Under the pieces are notes generated by a model, which did no database searches, was not told where the DNA came from, and saw only the letters and a program-made list of their open reading frames with translations. Shown one piece after another: positions 26,082 through 38,968 of a DNA stretch of 64,000 nucleotides (positions are counted from its first letter, which is position 1; each line of letters starts with the position of its first letter). The DNA comes from Octopus vulgaris. Taxonomy: Eukaryota. The translations under genes and the position numbers were made by a program. Location of the stretch: the NCBI GenBank assembly GCA_951406725.2, contig OX597826.1, positions 10,478,001 to 10,542,000 on the forward strand. The letters are read 5' to 3'.

Positions 26082-26671
26082 ATGTATCTGTTATGTGTCT
26101 GTGTAGTGTAATTGTGTGTGTGTGTGTGTGTGTGCGTGCGCGTGTATTAAGGTAACCTTATTACCTGAATCCACATTTAAAAATAATCCATACTCAATGT
26201 TTAGTGCAATGATAATTAATAAATGTTTGTATTTGTGTTTCTGTATATATTTGTATTTATTTGTGTGTATGTGTGTGTGTGAGTGTGTGTGTGTGTGTGT
26301 GTGTGAGTGTGTGTGTGTGTGTGTAAGCATATATGCACATAAGTATTTCTCATCTATTATATATATGTAAGACTTTCTATAAACGTATATACGTAGAATG
26401 TAATTCGTACGAAAGATGATAGTTGGATGCAGTACAGAGCAGTTCAAACCAGGCAAGCATGGACGTAAAATAATGTGTGTGTGTGTGTGTTTTCATGTCC
26501 CGTATCTTAACAGTTCAACAAATAGAGAGTGATAAAATAGGTACTTGATTGAAGTATTCACTGGGGTTGATAGGATCAGCAAAATATGTGAAGGCAGTGC
26601 CTTTGCATAGTTGTAACCCAAGTATTGAGAGCAGGGAAAGAAAAAAACAAATTAAAGAATATGAATGTGTA

Positions 26672-26730
<59 letters not shown>

Positions 26731-26789
26731 TACACACAAAGACACATATCTATATAGTACATTTAGTACGCAATAATGACTTTCGTATA

Positions 26790-27535
26790 TCTTTGACTTG
26801 TTTCAGTCATTGGATGGCGGCCATACTCTCAGGCACTGCTTTGTAGGGTTTTCAGTCAAATAGACTGAGCCAAGTATTTATTTTTTATAAGTCTGGTACT
26901 TATTCTATTCAGCCTTACTGCCAAACTTCTAAGTTACAGGGATGTTAACAAATCCACACTGATTGTCAAGCAGTGGGTGGGGCAAACATAATCACAGATA
27001 CATATACACACACACACACATATGTATAAGTATATATATATATATATATCAACGTGACCGACCAGGCTATCAGATGTTGCTACACATCACTGGTCACAAT
27101 GTGCTTCGCATTGTTTTAGCCTTCAAATGACGCCACCCCGCTGGCTAAGTGAGCAGGCCGACAGAAGACAGAGTGAGAGAAAGCTGTGGCGAAAGAGTAC
27201 AGCAGGGATTGCCACCACTACCCTGCAGGAGCCTCGTGGAGCTTTAGGTGTTTTCGCTCAATAAACACTCACAACGCCCGGTCTGGGAATCGAAACCGCG
27301 ATCCTACGACCGCGAGTCCGCTGCCCTAACCACTGGGCATGTATATATATGTATATATATATATATATATATACATGATGGGCTTCCACACAGTTTCTGC
27401 CTACCAAATTAACTTGAAAGGCATTGGGTGGAGCTGGAGCTATAGGAGAAGGCACTGGCCCAGAGTACTGCATTGTGGGACAGAACCCAAAACTAGATAG
27501 TTTCAAAGTAGACTTCTTAACCACACAGCCTTGCC
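26790..27535 (-). mobile_element. SINE family A interrupted by a nested family C copy (~27050-27338) inserted in its (TA)n tract
   Basis: A-family tail at 26790-26990 and head at 27375-27535 flank a C-family copy. Confidence 0.7.
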
Positions 27536-27719
27536 CCTGAAACTTCCTTTTTTTTGTTTACCTTTTGCAATTGCTGAAAGAAGGCACCACTGACCGAAAT
27601 GATGACCTCTCACCCCCCCCCTCCATTTACATCCCGAAAGCATTACATTTGTTACCTTGTGTTTCTGTTTCGTTTTCTCTCCCTTGAAAGTCTTGTTTGT
27701 GTGTGCACGTGTGTTTGTG

Positions 27720-27870
27720 TCCCCTTGCTCTAGACTCTCTTCCCACACCTGTCCATTCATCACCAACACCCCCCCCCTCACTGGAACCAATCAACACACT
27801 ATCCACACCTGGGACTCTTACTCTTGTACCTCTTCCAACATTATCCGATTGCATCCAATTTTCTCAGACT
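27720..27870 (+). pseudogene. Penelope-like element Cys-rich linker / start of GIY-YIG endonuclease, degenerate
   Basis: Translation PCSRLSSHTCPFITNT..LTGTNQHTI...SYSCTSSNII(frameshift)CI resembles the PLE motif C..C.TCP.I....FTCTSSNVIYCI. Confidence 0.5.
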
Positions 27871-28009
27871 GTTCTTTCCCTTCTCTCTGGACCTTTCCTC
27901 TTTCCCCTTTTTGATGAAGACCCACAATACGTTCACTGTGTTTGTCCTTTTGTTATTTTTCTTTATATTTTTTATTTACCTCTACACACACACACACACA
28001 CACACACAT

Positions 28010-28375
28010 ATATGGCTCAGTGGTTAGAGCATCGAGTTTACCATCATGAGGTTGTGAGTTCGATTTTCAGACCAGGCTGCATCTTGTCTTCTTGAGCAAG
28101 ACACTTTTTTCCACGTTCTTCCAGTTCGCTCAGCTGTAGAAATAAGTTGCGATGTCACTGTGTGTGTGTATATGTATGTGTTTAAGTTTGTCCTGCCCCT
28201 TTTTTGACAACCAGTGGCATGGAGATGGGAGGCTGGTATGCATGGGCAACTGCTGGTCGTCCATGAAAACAACCCTAGGTTGTGCGTTCACTGGTGAGGC
28301 GACTTTCCCACCAGACTTGTACCCCAGAGGGGAACCTCTTAGGTGCACCCATGGTCATTTGTGACCAATGGAGTC
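28010..28375 (+). mobile_element. SINE family C
   Basis: TGGCTCAGTGGTTAGAG...GAGTTCGATT head. Body is the reverse complement of 2030-2300. Confidence 0.7.
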
Positions 28376-28379
28376 AAAG

Positions 28380-28415
<36 letters not shown>

Positions 28416-29235
28416 CAAAATGGGACAAGAACGCAAAACATCCAGAAGATGATACAAAAAACGCGGACGGGTCATTCGAAGCCTTTAATCTTCAGTCAAG
28501 AACCAGATCATCCTCGCAATTTCGGCTGATTAATCTTGAGATTGCTCCAATCTGGCCAAGGAAAAACTAAGCTAAGAGCATTAGATTCCTTGGAATCTAT
28601 ATATATATATATCAATGGATGAATGAATTACCCTATGTTTACCGTTAACATGGAAAATTCAATAAACTGCTACCAGGGTAGCAAAATTCACGTCAGAAAC
28701 ATGGTTGAAGCGACCTATCCAAAGGTAGAAACTCCGGGTTAATGTGCAGTAATTTGTGTGTTATAAATGAATAAATAGATAGTTAGATTGGTTCATACTG
28801 TCCGTATCCTTTCCTTTCGATAAGGGCAAGAGATTTTGTAACATTTGCAACTCTGAACTCTTCCATATTCTCTTCTCTAAGAATCCCCTTGTTAACACAC
28901 TTATAGAGCGATCGTACAAATGTAAACTCTGGCAGAAACATACATTTTACTCATACAAGTGATTTCGCCAGTCATTATAGTTTGAACAGTTAGTTTAACT
29001 TGCCCTTTACTTCAATAGAGAAGTCTATTTCTAAGCGTTTGAACATTTTTTCAACCAACGTATCCCTCTCTATTTGTTCTCTACTTATTATTCCTTTAAC
29101 CCTTCTCTTCCTACAATCTGCCTTTCATGTCGAATCTACTAACGGTTTTTTAAAAATACTTAATAACGTTCTGTTTATCATTTAGGCAGTCATCGTATTT
29201 GTTATAATGTCTTGTTGTTGAGAGAGGCTCGCTTT

Positions 29236-29317
29236 CTTTCCTGATGAGAAGATTGCATTTTACACCGTTTATTTCTTTGGAATAAAACCATGTTGTCTTC
29301 GAAACATATGTCGAAAG
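29236..29317 (+). ncRNA. Canonical minimal type-I hammerhead ribozyme, copy 1
   Basis: CTTTC-CTGATGA-GAAGATTGCAT...ATGTTGTCTTC-GAAA-C-ATAT-G-TC|GAAAG. Intact core, G-C closing pair of stem II, palindromic CATATG, GUC site with cut predicted after 29312. Confidence 0.85.
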
Positions 29318-29413
29318 TAAAAGAATTTTATTAACATCTTAGTTCAACTTCATTTATTTATTTATTCATATATATATATATATATATATGTGCGTGTGTG
29401 TGTGTGTACATAT

Positions 29414-29444
<31 letters not shown>

Positions 29445-29509
29445 CCTAGGGCTGTGGTAAGAAGATTGCTTCTCAACCACATGGTTTCAGGTTGAGAGAG
29501 GCTCTCTTT

Positions 29510-29591
29510 CTTTCCTGATGAGAAGATTGCATTTTACACCGTTTATTTCTTTGGAATAAAACCATGTTGTCTTCGAAACATATGTCGAAAG
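29510..29591 (+). ncRNA. Canonical minimal type-I hammerhead ribozyme, copy 2
   Basis: Identical to 29236-29317; cut predicted after 29586. Confidence 0.85.
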
Positions 29592-29638
29592 TAAAAGAAT
29601 TTTATTAACATCTTAGTTCAACTTCATTTATTTATTTA

Positions 29639-29687
<49 letters not shown>

Positions 29688-29972
29688 ACATATTACATAT
29701 ATATATATATATATATATCCTAGGGCTGTGGTAAGAAGATTGCTTCTCAACCACATGGTTTCAGGTTCAGTCCCACTGCATGGCATCTTAGGCAAGTGTC
29801 TACTGCTATAGCTCCAGACTGACCAAAACTCTGTGAGTGGATTTGGTAGATGGAAATTGAAAGAAACCCTTTATATCTATCTACCTGTCTGTCTGTCTGT
29901 CTGTCTATCTATTTGTCTGTCTGTGTGACTATCTATCTATTTATCTATATATGTGCCTGTCTGTATGCATGT

Positions 29973-30392
29973 GTTAAGTTAATTTTTTGGCTCAAAAAGC
30001 AAAAAGCAAGGCCATGTAGGGGGACATAGAGTTATGTACAGGGAGGGTGTTCATGCAAAGAGTTCAGGCCATTTCTGGTCAATAGAGACTTTGAACCGAG
30101 CAGTCATCGGCATCTTCACCATCTTGTCTGGCAGCTTATTCCACGGATCCGCAACCCGAACGGAGAAAGCCACTCTCCTTCGATTGAGATGAAATCGTCG
30201 CAGATAGAGCTTTTTGGAGTGACCCCACAGCCGACGCTCTGGAGCAGGAGTGAAGAACAGCCCTTTCGAGAGGTTACACTTTCCGCTTAAGATGTTGTGA
30301 GCAAGAATGAGGTCACTACGGCGGCGGCGTTTTTCTAGAGAATAAAGGTCGAGCATCTTCAGCCTTTCTTCATAAGACAAATGCTTGAGACC
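29973..30392 (-). mobile_element. 5'-truncated CR1-clade LINE (ORF2 C-terminus 30051-30380 plus 3' UTR)
   Basis: LSYEERLKMLDLYSLEKRRRRSDLI...GHSKKL...FSVRVADPWNKLP matches the CR1/L2-group ORF2 end. Confidence 0.85.
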
Positions 30393-30859
30393 AAGGTGCC
30401 ATGCACTGGGACTGAACCCAGAATCATATAGTTGGGAAGCAAACTTCTTACCATACCTCCATGTCAGTGTCTATTATTTAATTGGTTATAATTGTTTTGA
30501 TCCCTGTTTGTCTTCAGGTACAGCCATAAATACTTATTTATCGCCCAGTTAACATAAATCTTTGTAGAATGTCACCGCCAAGTATTAATTATCAGTTCGT
30601 TATCACTCATATATGTTAAGTAATCTCATATTATAATTATGCTCAGTAATAAATAAGAAATTGAAATTGAAAAATATTTCATATCAAACATTGGTTGCTA
30701 TACAAAATTAATTGTATTGGCTTTATAAATGAGTTACACACCCACATGCACACACATATATACACACACACACATATAATGTTAGGCCTAATTTACATAA
30801 ATCTATTTAGCAAGTCACCACTGGCTATTAAGCGGGTCATAAATAATAAATCTATACTG

Positions 30860-31090
<231 letters not shown>

Positions 31091-31202
31091 GATGGCTATT
31101 GCATTTGCTATATGAAGTTAAATGTTATTGGCCTTTGTTGCTGTTGCTATTAACATTAGGGATCTTAGCAGTTTCTAATAATACTATATTCGTAATTAGA
31201 AA

Positions 31203-31232
<30 letters not shown>

Positions 31233-31235
<3 letters not shown>

Positions 31236-31638
31236 GGTATTAAGGTGACAAACTGACAGAATTCTTAGTATGCTGGATGAAATGCTTAGCGATATTTTGC
31301 CTGTCGTTACATTCTGAGTTGAAATTTCGATAAGATTCACTCTGCCTTTCATCCTTTTGGGGGTCAATAAATTAAGTACCAGTTGCGTACTGGAGTCAAT
31401 CTAAATAACCCTAAGCCCTCCCCCAAAATTTCAGGCCTTGTGCCTAGAGTAGAAAGGATTATTATTAAAGTGGCGAGCTGGTAGAATCATTAGCACGCCA
31501 GACAAAATGCTTCGCGGTATTTCATCTGCTGCAACATTCTGAGTTGACTTTGCCTTTTATCCCTTCAGGGTCAATGAAATCAACTCATCCCCTCCCCCAA
31601 AATTGCTGCCTTTGTGGCAAAGTTTGAAACCATTATTA

Positions 31639-31690
<52 letters not shown>

Positions 31691-31891
31691 GGTAGTGAGC
31701 TGGCTGAATCATTAGCACACCAGGCAAAATGCTTAGTGGTATTTCGTCTGCCACTACATTCTGAGTTCAAATTCCTCCAAGGTTGACTTTGTCTTTCATC
31801 ATTTCGGGGGTCAATAAATTAAGCACCAGTTGTGCATTGATTCACTCCCCCCAAAAAAATTTCAGGCCTTGTGCTTATAGCAGAAAAGATG

Positions 31892-31932
<41 letters not shown>

Positions 31933-32160
31933 GGTGGTGAGCTGACCAAATCCTTAGCACACCAGGCAAAATGCTTTGCAGCATTTTGTATGTCTGCATG
32001 TTCTGGGTTCAAATTCTGCTGAGGTCAACTTTGCCTTTCATCCTTTTGGGGTCAATAAATTCAGTACTGGTTGAACACTTGGGTAAATGTAATCGACTAG
32101 CACCCTCCCTCCAAATTCCTGGCCTTGTGCCAAAATTTGAAACCATTATCATTGTTATTA
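31233..32160 (+). mobile_element. Four head-to-tail SINE family B copies separated by (ATT)n
   Basis: Units start at ~31241, 31468, 31689 and 31931 (AAGGTGG(C/T)GAGCTG...). Confidence 0.85.
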
Positions 32161-32164
32161 TTTA

Positions 32165-32463
32165 CTTTTAGTCTGCATGTTTGTTACAATCACTTGCCGA
32201 GACACACCCAGCACCCTAGGGCAAGTGAAGGATAAAAGATGTTACAGTGTAACCAAAAGCTTGGGGAGAAGAAGTGGCAAGGGTAGTAGTGAAATATCTC
32301 CATGTAATACAACACCGACATTTAAATTGATAGGACTTTTCTAAGGATGTAGGCAGTATTTGTTAGTACAATCTTTTGGATTTCTCTGAGATATGGTTCT
32401 CCTGGGATGTTGTCCAGATGTTTTTGTCATCCTTTTTTATCATACCTAAGGTACCACAATTAC
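32165..32463 (-). mobile_element. 3' end of an R4/Dong-like (restriction-like endonuclease) LINE
   Basis: Minus-strand translation with a frameshift: GTLGMIKK/QKHLDNIPGEPYLREIQKIVLTNTAYILRKVLSI*, typical of the REL C-terminus (GALG.I....QK..L.GTA.ILRKVL). The 3' UTR ends in an AAT-rich tail. Confidence 0.7.
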
Positions 32464-32595
32464 TATCACTATTAAAATAAATGTTATAGGCATTTATAAT
32501 AGATATTATCAATTACCATAATAATCTTTCTACTACACACACAAGGTCTGAAATATTGGAGTTGGGGGCTAGTCAATTATATTAACCCCAGTGTT

Positions 32596-33200
32596 CACGT
32601 TCGGATGGTTTTCTTATGTGCCACCGGCACTGGTACCACAAGGATACAAATTCCATTGATGTTCATCTATTTTGATTTGGTTCGATTTGATTTGATACGA
32701 TTCGATTCTCACTTGCCTCAACAGGTCTTCACAAGTGTCACAAGAAGGAAGGTATGCACATGTGGACTGACTACGTCCCAGGTAGGGGCCACGGATTATG
32801 GCTTCACTAGTCTTGCCGGGTCTTCTCACGCACAGCATACTTCCATAGGTCTCGGTCTCTAGTCATTTCCATGGTGAGACCTAACGTCCGAAGGTCGTGC
32901 TTCACCACCTCGTCCCAGGTTTTCCTGGGTCTACCTCTTCCACGGGTTCCCTCAACTGCTAGGGATTGGCACTTTCTCACACACCTCTCTTCATCCATTC
33001 TCGCCACATGACCATACCAGCGCAATCGTCTCTCTTGCACACAACAACTGATGCTTCTTAGGTACAACATTTCTCTCAAGGTACTAACGCTCTGTCGAGT
33101 AAGTACACTGACATTACACATCCATCGGAGCATACTGGCTTCGTTCCTCACGAGCTTACGCATGTCCTCAGCAGTCACGGCCCATGTTTCACTGCCATGT
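32596..33200 (-). mobile_element. RTE-clade LINE 3' remnant (ORF 32807-33200)
   Basis: LHGSETWA...MLRWMC...RRLRWYGHVARMDEER...GTRGRGRPRKTW...DRDLW is the RTE ORF C-terminus. Confidence 0.9.
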
Positions 33201-33355
33201 AGTATATATATATATATCATCATTTTTTTTTATATATATACTATATATATACATATATAGTATATATATACATACATACATACACACACACACTCATATA
33301 TATATATATACATATATATATACATATATATATTATATACATATATATATACATA

Positions 33356-33439
<84 letters not shown>

Positions 33440-33678
33440 TACATATGTATACACACACACACACACTTATATATATATACAGAGAGAGAGAGCCTAAGGA
33501 AATAGTGTAGGATTCTCTAATTAAAGGAATTTGTAATATATATGAATTGAAATGGCTTCATGCCGGAATGGAAATCCTGTCAATATATTTACCAACTGTG
33601 AACGTAGCAGATTCTACATTTTATATATTAAACCATAACTGTCTTGATTGTCATTACTGTTTTCATCTTAATATCTCT

Positions 33679-34022
33679 GCTTGCGAAGACCTGTTGAGGC
33701 AAGTGAAATTGAAATCGAAATCGATCAAAAATCAATGGAAATTGTAGTTGTGATACCAGTGCCGGTGGCACATAAAACAATCCATCCGAATGTGGCTGAT
33801 GCCAGCCTCGCCCTGGCACCTGTGCTGGTGGCATGTAAAAAGCACCCACTACACTCACAGAGTGGTTGGTGTTAGGAAGGGCATCCAGCTGTAGAAACAC
33901 TGCCAGATCAGACTGGTGCCTGGTGCAGCCTCCTGGCTTCCCAGACCCCGGTTTAACCGTCCAACCCATGCTAGCATGGAAAACGGACGTTAAACGATGA
34001 TGGTGATGATGATGATGATGAT
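33679..34022 (+). mobile_element. RTE-LINE 3' UTR with (GAT)n tail
   Basis: The first ~115 nt are reverse-complement homologous to 32596-32735. Ends GGACGTTAAACGATGATG. Confidence 0.75.
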
Positions 34023-34239
34023 CAGAACTTCAGTATAGAATATGCCACATCTCCAATACTTTTGTCGTTTTGTTAAAGGTCAGCATTCTGATATCTAACC
34101 TCCCCACGTTTTTTCTATGTCTTTTTTTGTCATGAAGAAACATTACCTTGCTTGGAAACATGCGAGGGTTGGCAACAGGAAGGGCATCCAGCAAAAAAAA
34201 AGTCTACCTCAATAAATTTCATTTAGTTTTTAAATGATA

Positions 34240-34480
34240 ACGAATATGGAAGCATCGGCGGCGGTGAAAGTATCATCTATGTTATTTGTTTTGGCAATTT
34301 AAGCACCTTTACCAATTCCAGTAATAATCTCCACCATTGGCACCTGGTGACATGTTTCTTAGAGAGGTGTATATTCATTGACAGCAACCTTTGCACGACA
34401 AAGATTTTGTGACTTTAGCAGCATAAAATGTGAAGTTGAGACTTTTAGCAATGTTCATAGAACGGCATTATTTATATCCT
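34240..34480 (-). pseudogene. Possible highly degenerate Pif1-like (Helitron RepHel) helicase fragment
   Basis: Frameshifted minus-strand peptides LLKV..FMLLKSQNL and VEIITGIGKG...LPY resemble LKVG..IMLLRNL..GLCNGT and EILTG..KG...LPF. Confidence 0.35.
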
Positions 34481-35650
34481 GGCAGAAGTGTTAACACATC
34501 AGGAAACATATCTTAATGATATTTACTAATCAATTTAAGTCCATTACAAAGTTATTTCATGCAGGAAAGATATGAACGAGCTTGTGATGTGTCTGTGTGT
34601 GAAAACCAGGAAGATACAAGCCAGGCAAAGATTAATGACAGGAAGAGCCTCTGGTTCTAGAATATTGCTTGAGTATACTTTCATTCGTGGAGGCTTAGTG
34701 GTTAGGGTGTTGAACTCATGATTGTAAGGTTGTGGTTTTGATTCCTGGACCAGGCGATGCATAGTGTTCTTCAGCAAAACACTTCATTTTCATGTTGCTC
34801 CAGTCCACTCAGCTGGCAAAAAATGAGTAATCCTGCGACGGACCGGTGTCCCGTCCAGGGAAACCGGCACTTATGAGCCTGGCATGGCTCGAGAAGGAGC
34901 ATTTATTTAATTTTTTTTATACTTTCATTCAACCCAGTCCAGCATGGGGAGGATATAAAAATGATGATGCTGATAATGATGATGACGATGATGATGATGA
35001 TAACGATAATGATGATGATGATGGTGATGATGGTGATGATGATGATGGTGATGATGATGATGATGACGACGATAATGACAATGATAATAAAGAGATAGTC
35101 ATGCTATCACTTTAAATATGTAATAGATGCAGTTATGGCTGTGTGGTATGAAGTTTGCTTCCCAACCACATGGACTTGAGTTCAGTCCCACTGTGTGGCA
35201 CATTGGGTGTCTTCTGCTATAGCCCCAAGTCAACCAAAGTTTGAGTGGATCTGGTAGATGGAAACCAAAAGAAACCTGTTGTGTGTGTGTATGTGTGTGT
35301 GTGTGTGTGTGTGTGCGTATGTGTTTTACTGTCCCCTTGCTTTGGTGTGTGATAGCTGAAAACAAGTGGTTCGTGTCTTGCAAGTGGTTCTTTTCATTTT
35401 CAATCTTCCATGAAAACATGTCTGGTCACGGGGAAAAAATATTACCTTGCTTGGAAACAGGTGGAGATTAGCAACGGGAAGAGCATCCGGCTTTTAAAAG
35501 CTCACAACAGATTCCATTCGACAGATGCCAGCATGGAAAAGTGGATGTCGAACAATGATGATGACGTATATTACACGACAGCACGACTTTTACACTTCCC
35601 TCTATGTGCATGTATGCGTGTATGTGTGTATGTATGTGTGCATGCGTGTA

Positions 35651-35687
<37 letters not shown>

Positions 35688-35897
35688 AAATCTGTGCAGT
35701 TGATTTATCTACATCTTTCAGTTGATGTTGCCTTTCATGCCTTGTTTCACAATTCATTTGTTTCCCTTGTAATATTTGTCCAAGATGCTTTCCGAATATA
35801 ATGTTTCATTGATTAAGAAGTTATACGGTCCATCACTTTGGATTGTCATTTTCTTTCACTTATTTATTTATTTCTTTATTCATTTTTATCCTTTAAA

Positions 35898-35928
<31 letters not shown>

Positions 35929-36506
35929 TAAACCTTTAATTGTTTTTATCTTTGATTAGAGGTTTCTCTTCTCTGATGGATTTTCTTGTTCAAATAAAAA
36001 AAAAAAGAAAAATCTTTGTTTATCTTTTCAAAACATTTCATTTTGTTTGATGACGAATACTTTTCCTCCCCCCCAACCCTCTTTCCCTCTTAATCTATCC
36101 TTCTTTCTCTTCCTCCCTCCCTACCCACTCTCGCTTTCTTTTTCTTTTTTTTTTTTCTTCTCCATCTTTGCTTTGCTCTGCTCAAAGGAGTTTTCGGTTT
36201 CCACTTGCCAGATCAGTTTTATTTTTATTTTTATTTTTTCTCTCCTCTCGATATTCTTCATAATTTGTGTAAAATATTTGCTGTTTTTGTTGTTTTTTGG
36301 TTTAGAAAGTGTTGTTTCCTTTTTATGTGATAAATATTTGTGCCCTTTTTATTTATTTTTTTTAAAACTTAGATATCGTATTTCATCGGTATATCTTCTC
36401 CATTCTGTTTTGTCTATCTTTTGTATTTCTCATTTGAAGCTAGTACTGATGTTTTCTTAATGTGTGTGCGTATATTTGTCCATGTGTATGTGTATGTGTG
36501 TATGTA

Positions 36507-36596
<90 letters not shown>

Positions 36597-37504
36597 TATG
36601 TATGTATATATGTATATATATATATGTGTGTGTGTGTGTATTTATGTGTAAACATATATGTATATATATGTATGTATGTATATATAGACATATATATATG
36701 TATGTGTGTATATAAATATGTGCATATATATACACACAAACACACACACAAACACACACACATACACACACACATACACACACACACACACACACACATA
36801 CACACACTTTGTGTTCCTGGATTTCAATTCTTCAGTTTTTGCATAAGCTGTGTGTAAACGATATGATTCACATTAATTATATTTATTTAATATATTTTCC
36901 CTTCGTGTGAGTATTGTTAGATGTTTGAGTGTGCTTTTGAGATTTTTCATCTTCTTTCTGTTCTTTTCCTTAAATTTTGGATAAGGTACAAAATATGTGA
37001 TGTTGATTTATTATGGATTTTTTAGAATTTTTATTTCATTAGGTTATATTTTAACATATTTTATCATATTTTATACTTTTGAGTCATTTATTTCTGTAAT
37101 CTCTTTTAATCATTAATGCTACCATTGTCTATGGTGTTGAGCTGGCAGAAGCATTACTGCTTCAGGCAAAATGCTTAACGGAATTTTATTTGTCTTTAGG
37201 GTTCTGAGTTCAAATTCCACCGAAGCCAATTTTGCTTGTTAAGGTGGTGAGCTGACAAAATTGTTAACATGTCGGGCTAAATGCTTAACGTCTTTATGTT
37301 CTGAGTTTGAAATCCTGCCAAGGTCAACTTTGCCTTTCATCCTTTCGAGATTGATAAAATAAGTACCAGTTGAGCACTGGGGTGGCGGGGGTCGATGTAA
37401 TCAACTTGGCCCTTTCCCCAAATCTGCTGAGATCAACAATTATCACACAAGCTTAGGGTCTAAAGTATTCCACCTATAACCATCCCATCTGTTATTCAGA
37501 TAGT

Positions 37505-37866
37505 GTGGAGGCGCAATGGCCCAGTGGTTTAGGGCAGCGGACTCGCAGTCATAGGATCGCGGTTTCGATTCCCAGACCGGGCGTTGTGAGTGTTTATTGA
37601 GCGAAAACACCTAAAGCTCCACGAGGCTCTGGCAGGGGATGGTGGTGATACCTGCTGTACTCTTTCTTTCACTCTTACTTCCTGTTTCTGTTATACCTGT
37701 ATTTCAAAGGGCTGGCCGTGTCATGCTGAATATCCCTGAGAACTACGTTAAGGGTACATGTGTCTGTGGAGTGCTCAGCCACTTAAACGTTAATTTCACG
37801 AGCAGGCTGTTCCGTTGATTTGGATCAACCGGAACCCTCGTCGTCGTAATCGACGGAGTGCTTCCA
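37505..37866 (+). mobile_element. SINE family C, full length with 12-bp TSD
   Basis: Head GTGGAGGCGCAATGGCCCAGTGGTT...GGTTTCGATTCC. TSD TATTCAGATAGT at 37493-37504 and 37867-37878. Confidence 0.85.
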
Positions 37867-38296
37867 TATTCAGATAGTCTTCATCTTCATCATCATCATC
37901 GTCATCGTCATCATCATCATCATCATCATCATCATTTAGTGTTAGCTTTCCCTTCTGCCATGGGTTTGATGGTTTAACAAAAATTGGCAATTGAGAGGAC
38001 TGCACCAAGATCTTCTCTCTGCTTTGGCATTGTTTCAACGGAATTACTTTATCCAATATACCTTTTTAACTTTTACTTGTTTCACTCATTAGACTGTGAC
38101 CATGCTGGGGCACTGCCTCAAAGAATTTTTAATTGAATAAATTGACCCCAGTAATTGTTTTTTTTTTCTTTTTTGTTAAGCCTTGTATTTATTCTATCAG
38201 TCTCTTTTACTGAACCATTAAGTTATCGGGATGTAAACACACCAACACTGGTTGTCAAATGGTGGTGGGGAACAAGCACATATGTGTGTGTGTATG

Positions 38297-38327
<31 letters not shown>

Positions 38328-38330
<3 letters not shown>

Positions 38331-38455
38331 GGGTGTTCAAAAAGTGTTTCTGCAGTAAGTATTTTATTACAAAATAAATATTTATAAGATGGTATAAGAC
38401 TACAAAAGAATTTAAAAAACTTTATAAGAGGTGTTGAAAGTGTCGTCCTTCATGA
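38328..38455 (-). mobile_element. 3' terminus of a Tc1/mariner element
   Basis: TIR start CAGGGTGTTCAAAAAG. The minus strand encodes HEGRHFQHLL*, a typical transposase end. Confidence 0.6.
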
Positions 38456-38591
38456 AAGGAGCAACACGAAATGAAGTGTTTTGCTCAAGAACACAACTCG
38501 TCACCTGGTCCAGGAATCGAAACCACAATCTTACGATCATGATGCTGACACCCTAACCACTAAGCCACGTGCCTCCACACACACATATATG

Positions 38592-38648
<57 letters not shown>

Positions 38649-38686
38649 ATATATATATATGTATGTATGCATGTATGTATGTATGC

Positions 38687-38734
<48 letters not shown>

Positions 38735-38741
38735 ATATATA

Positions 38742-38935
38742 TCATCATCATCATCATCATCATTTAGCGTCTGCTTTCCATGCTAGCATGGGTTGGACGG
38801 TTCAACTGGGGTCTGGGAAGCCAGAAGGCTGCATCAGGCCCAATCTAATCTGGCAGTGTTTCTACGGCTGGATGCCCTCCCTAACGCCAACCACTCCGTG
38901 AGTGTAGTGGGTGCTTTTTACGTGCCACCCGCACA
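38742..38935 (-). mobile_element. RTE-LINE 3' UTR fragment
   Basis: Reverse complement of 33825-34022, with a (CAT)n tail. Confidence 0.7.

Positions 38936-38968
<33 letters not shown>

Larger units (their letters stand above)
29217..29764. repeat. 274-bp tandem duplication (HHR + microsatellite + SINE A head start)
   Basis: 29217-29490 is repeated at 29491-29764, with GTT microhomology at the junction. The copies differ mainly in microsatellite composition. Confidence 0.9.

Noticed and set aside
28696-28746. HHR-like ACCT..AGGT-A-GAAAC-TCCGG-GTT motif
   Set aside because: The upstream core is not CUGANGA and stem I is weak; too degenerate to call.
31233-32160. Repeat-spacer-like array (CRISPR?)
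   Set aside because: Units are ~230-bp SINEs with microsatellite tails; eukaryotic context and no cas genes.
36047-36460. 137-aa hydrophobic ORF
   Set aside because: T-rich low-complexity sequence giving F/L-rich translation, with a non-ATG start and no domain.
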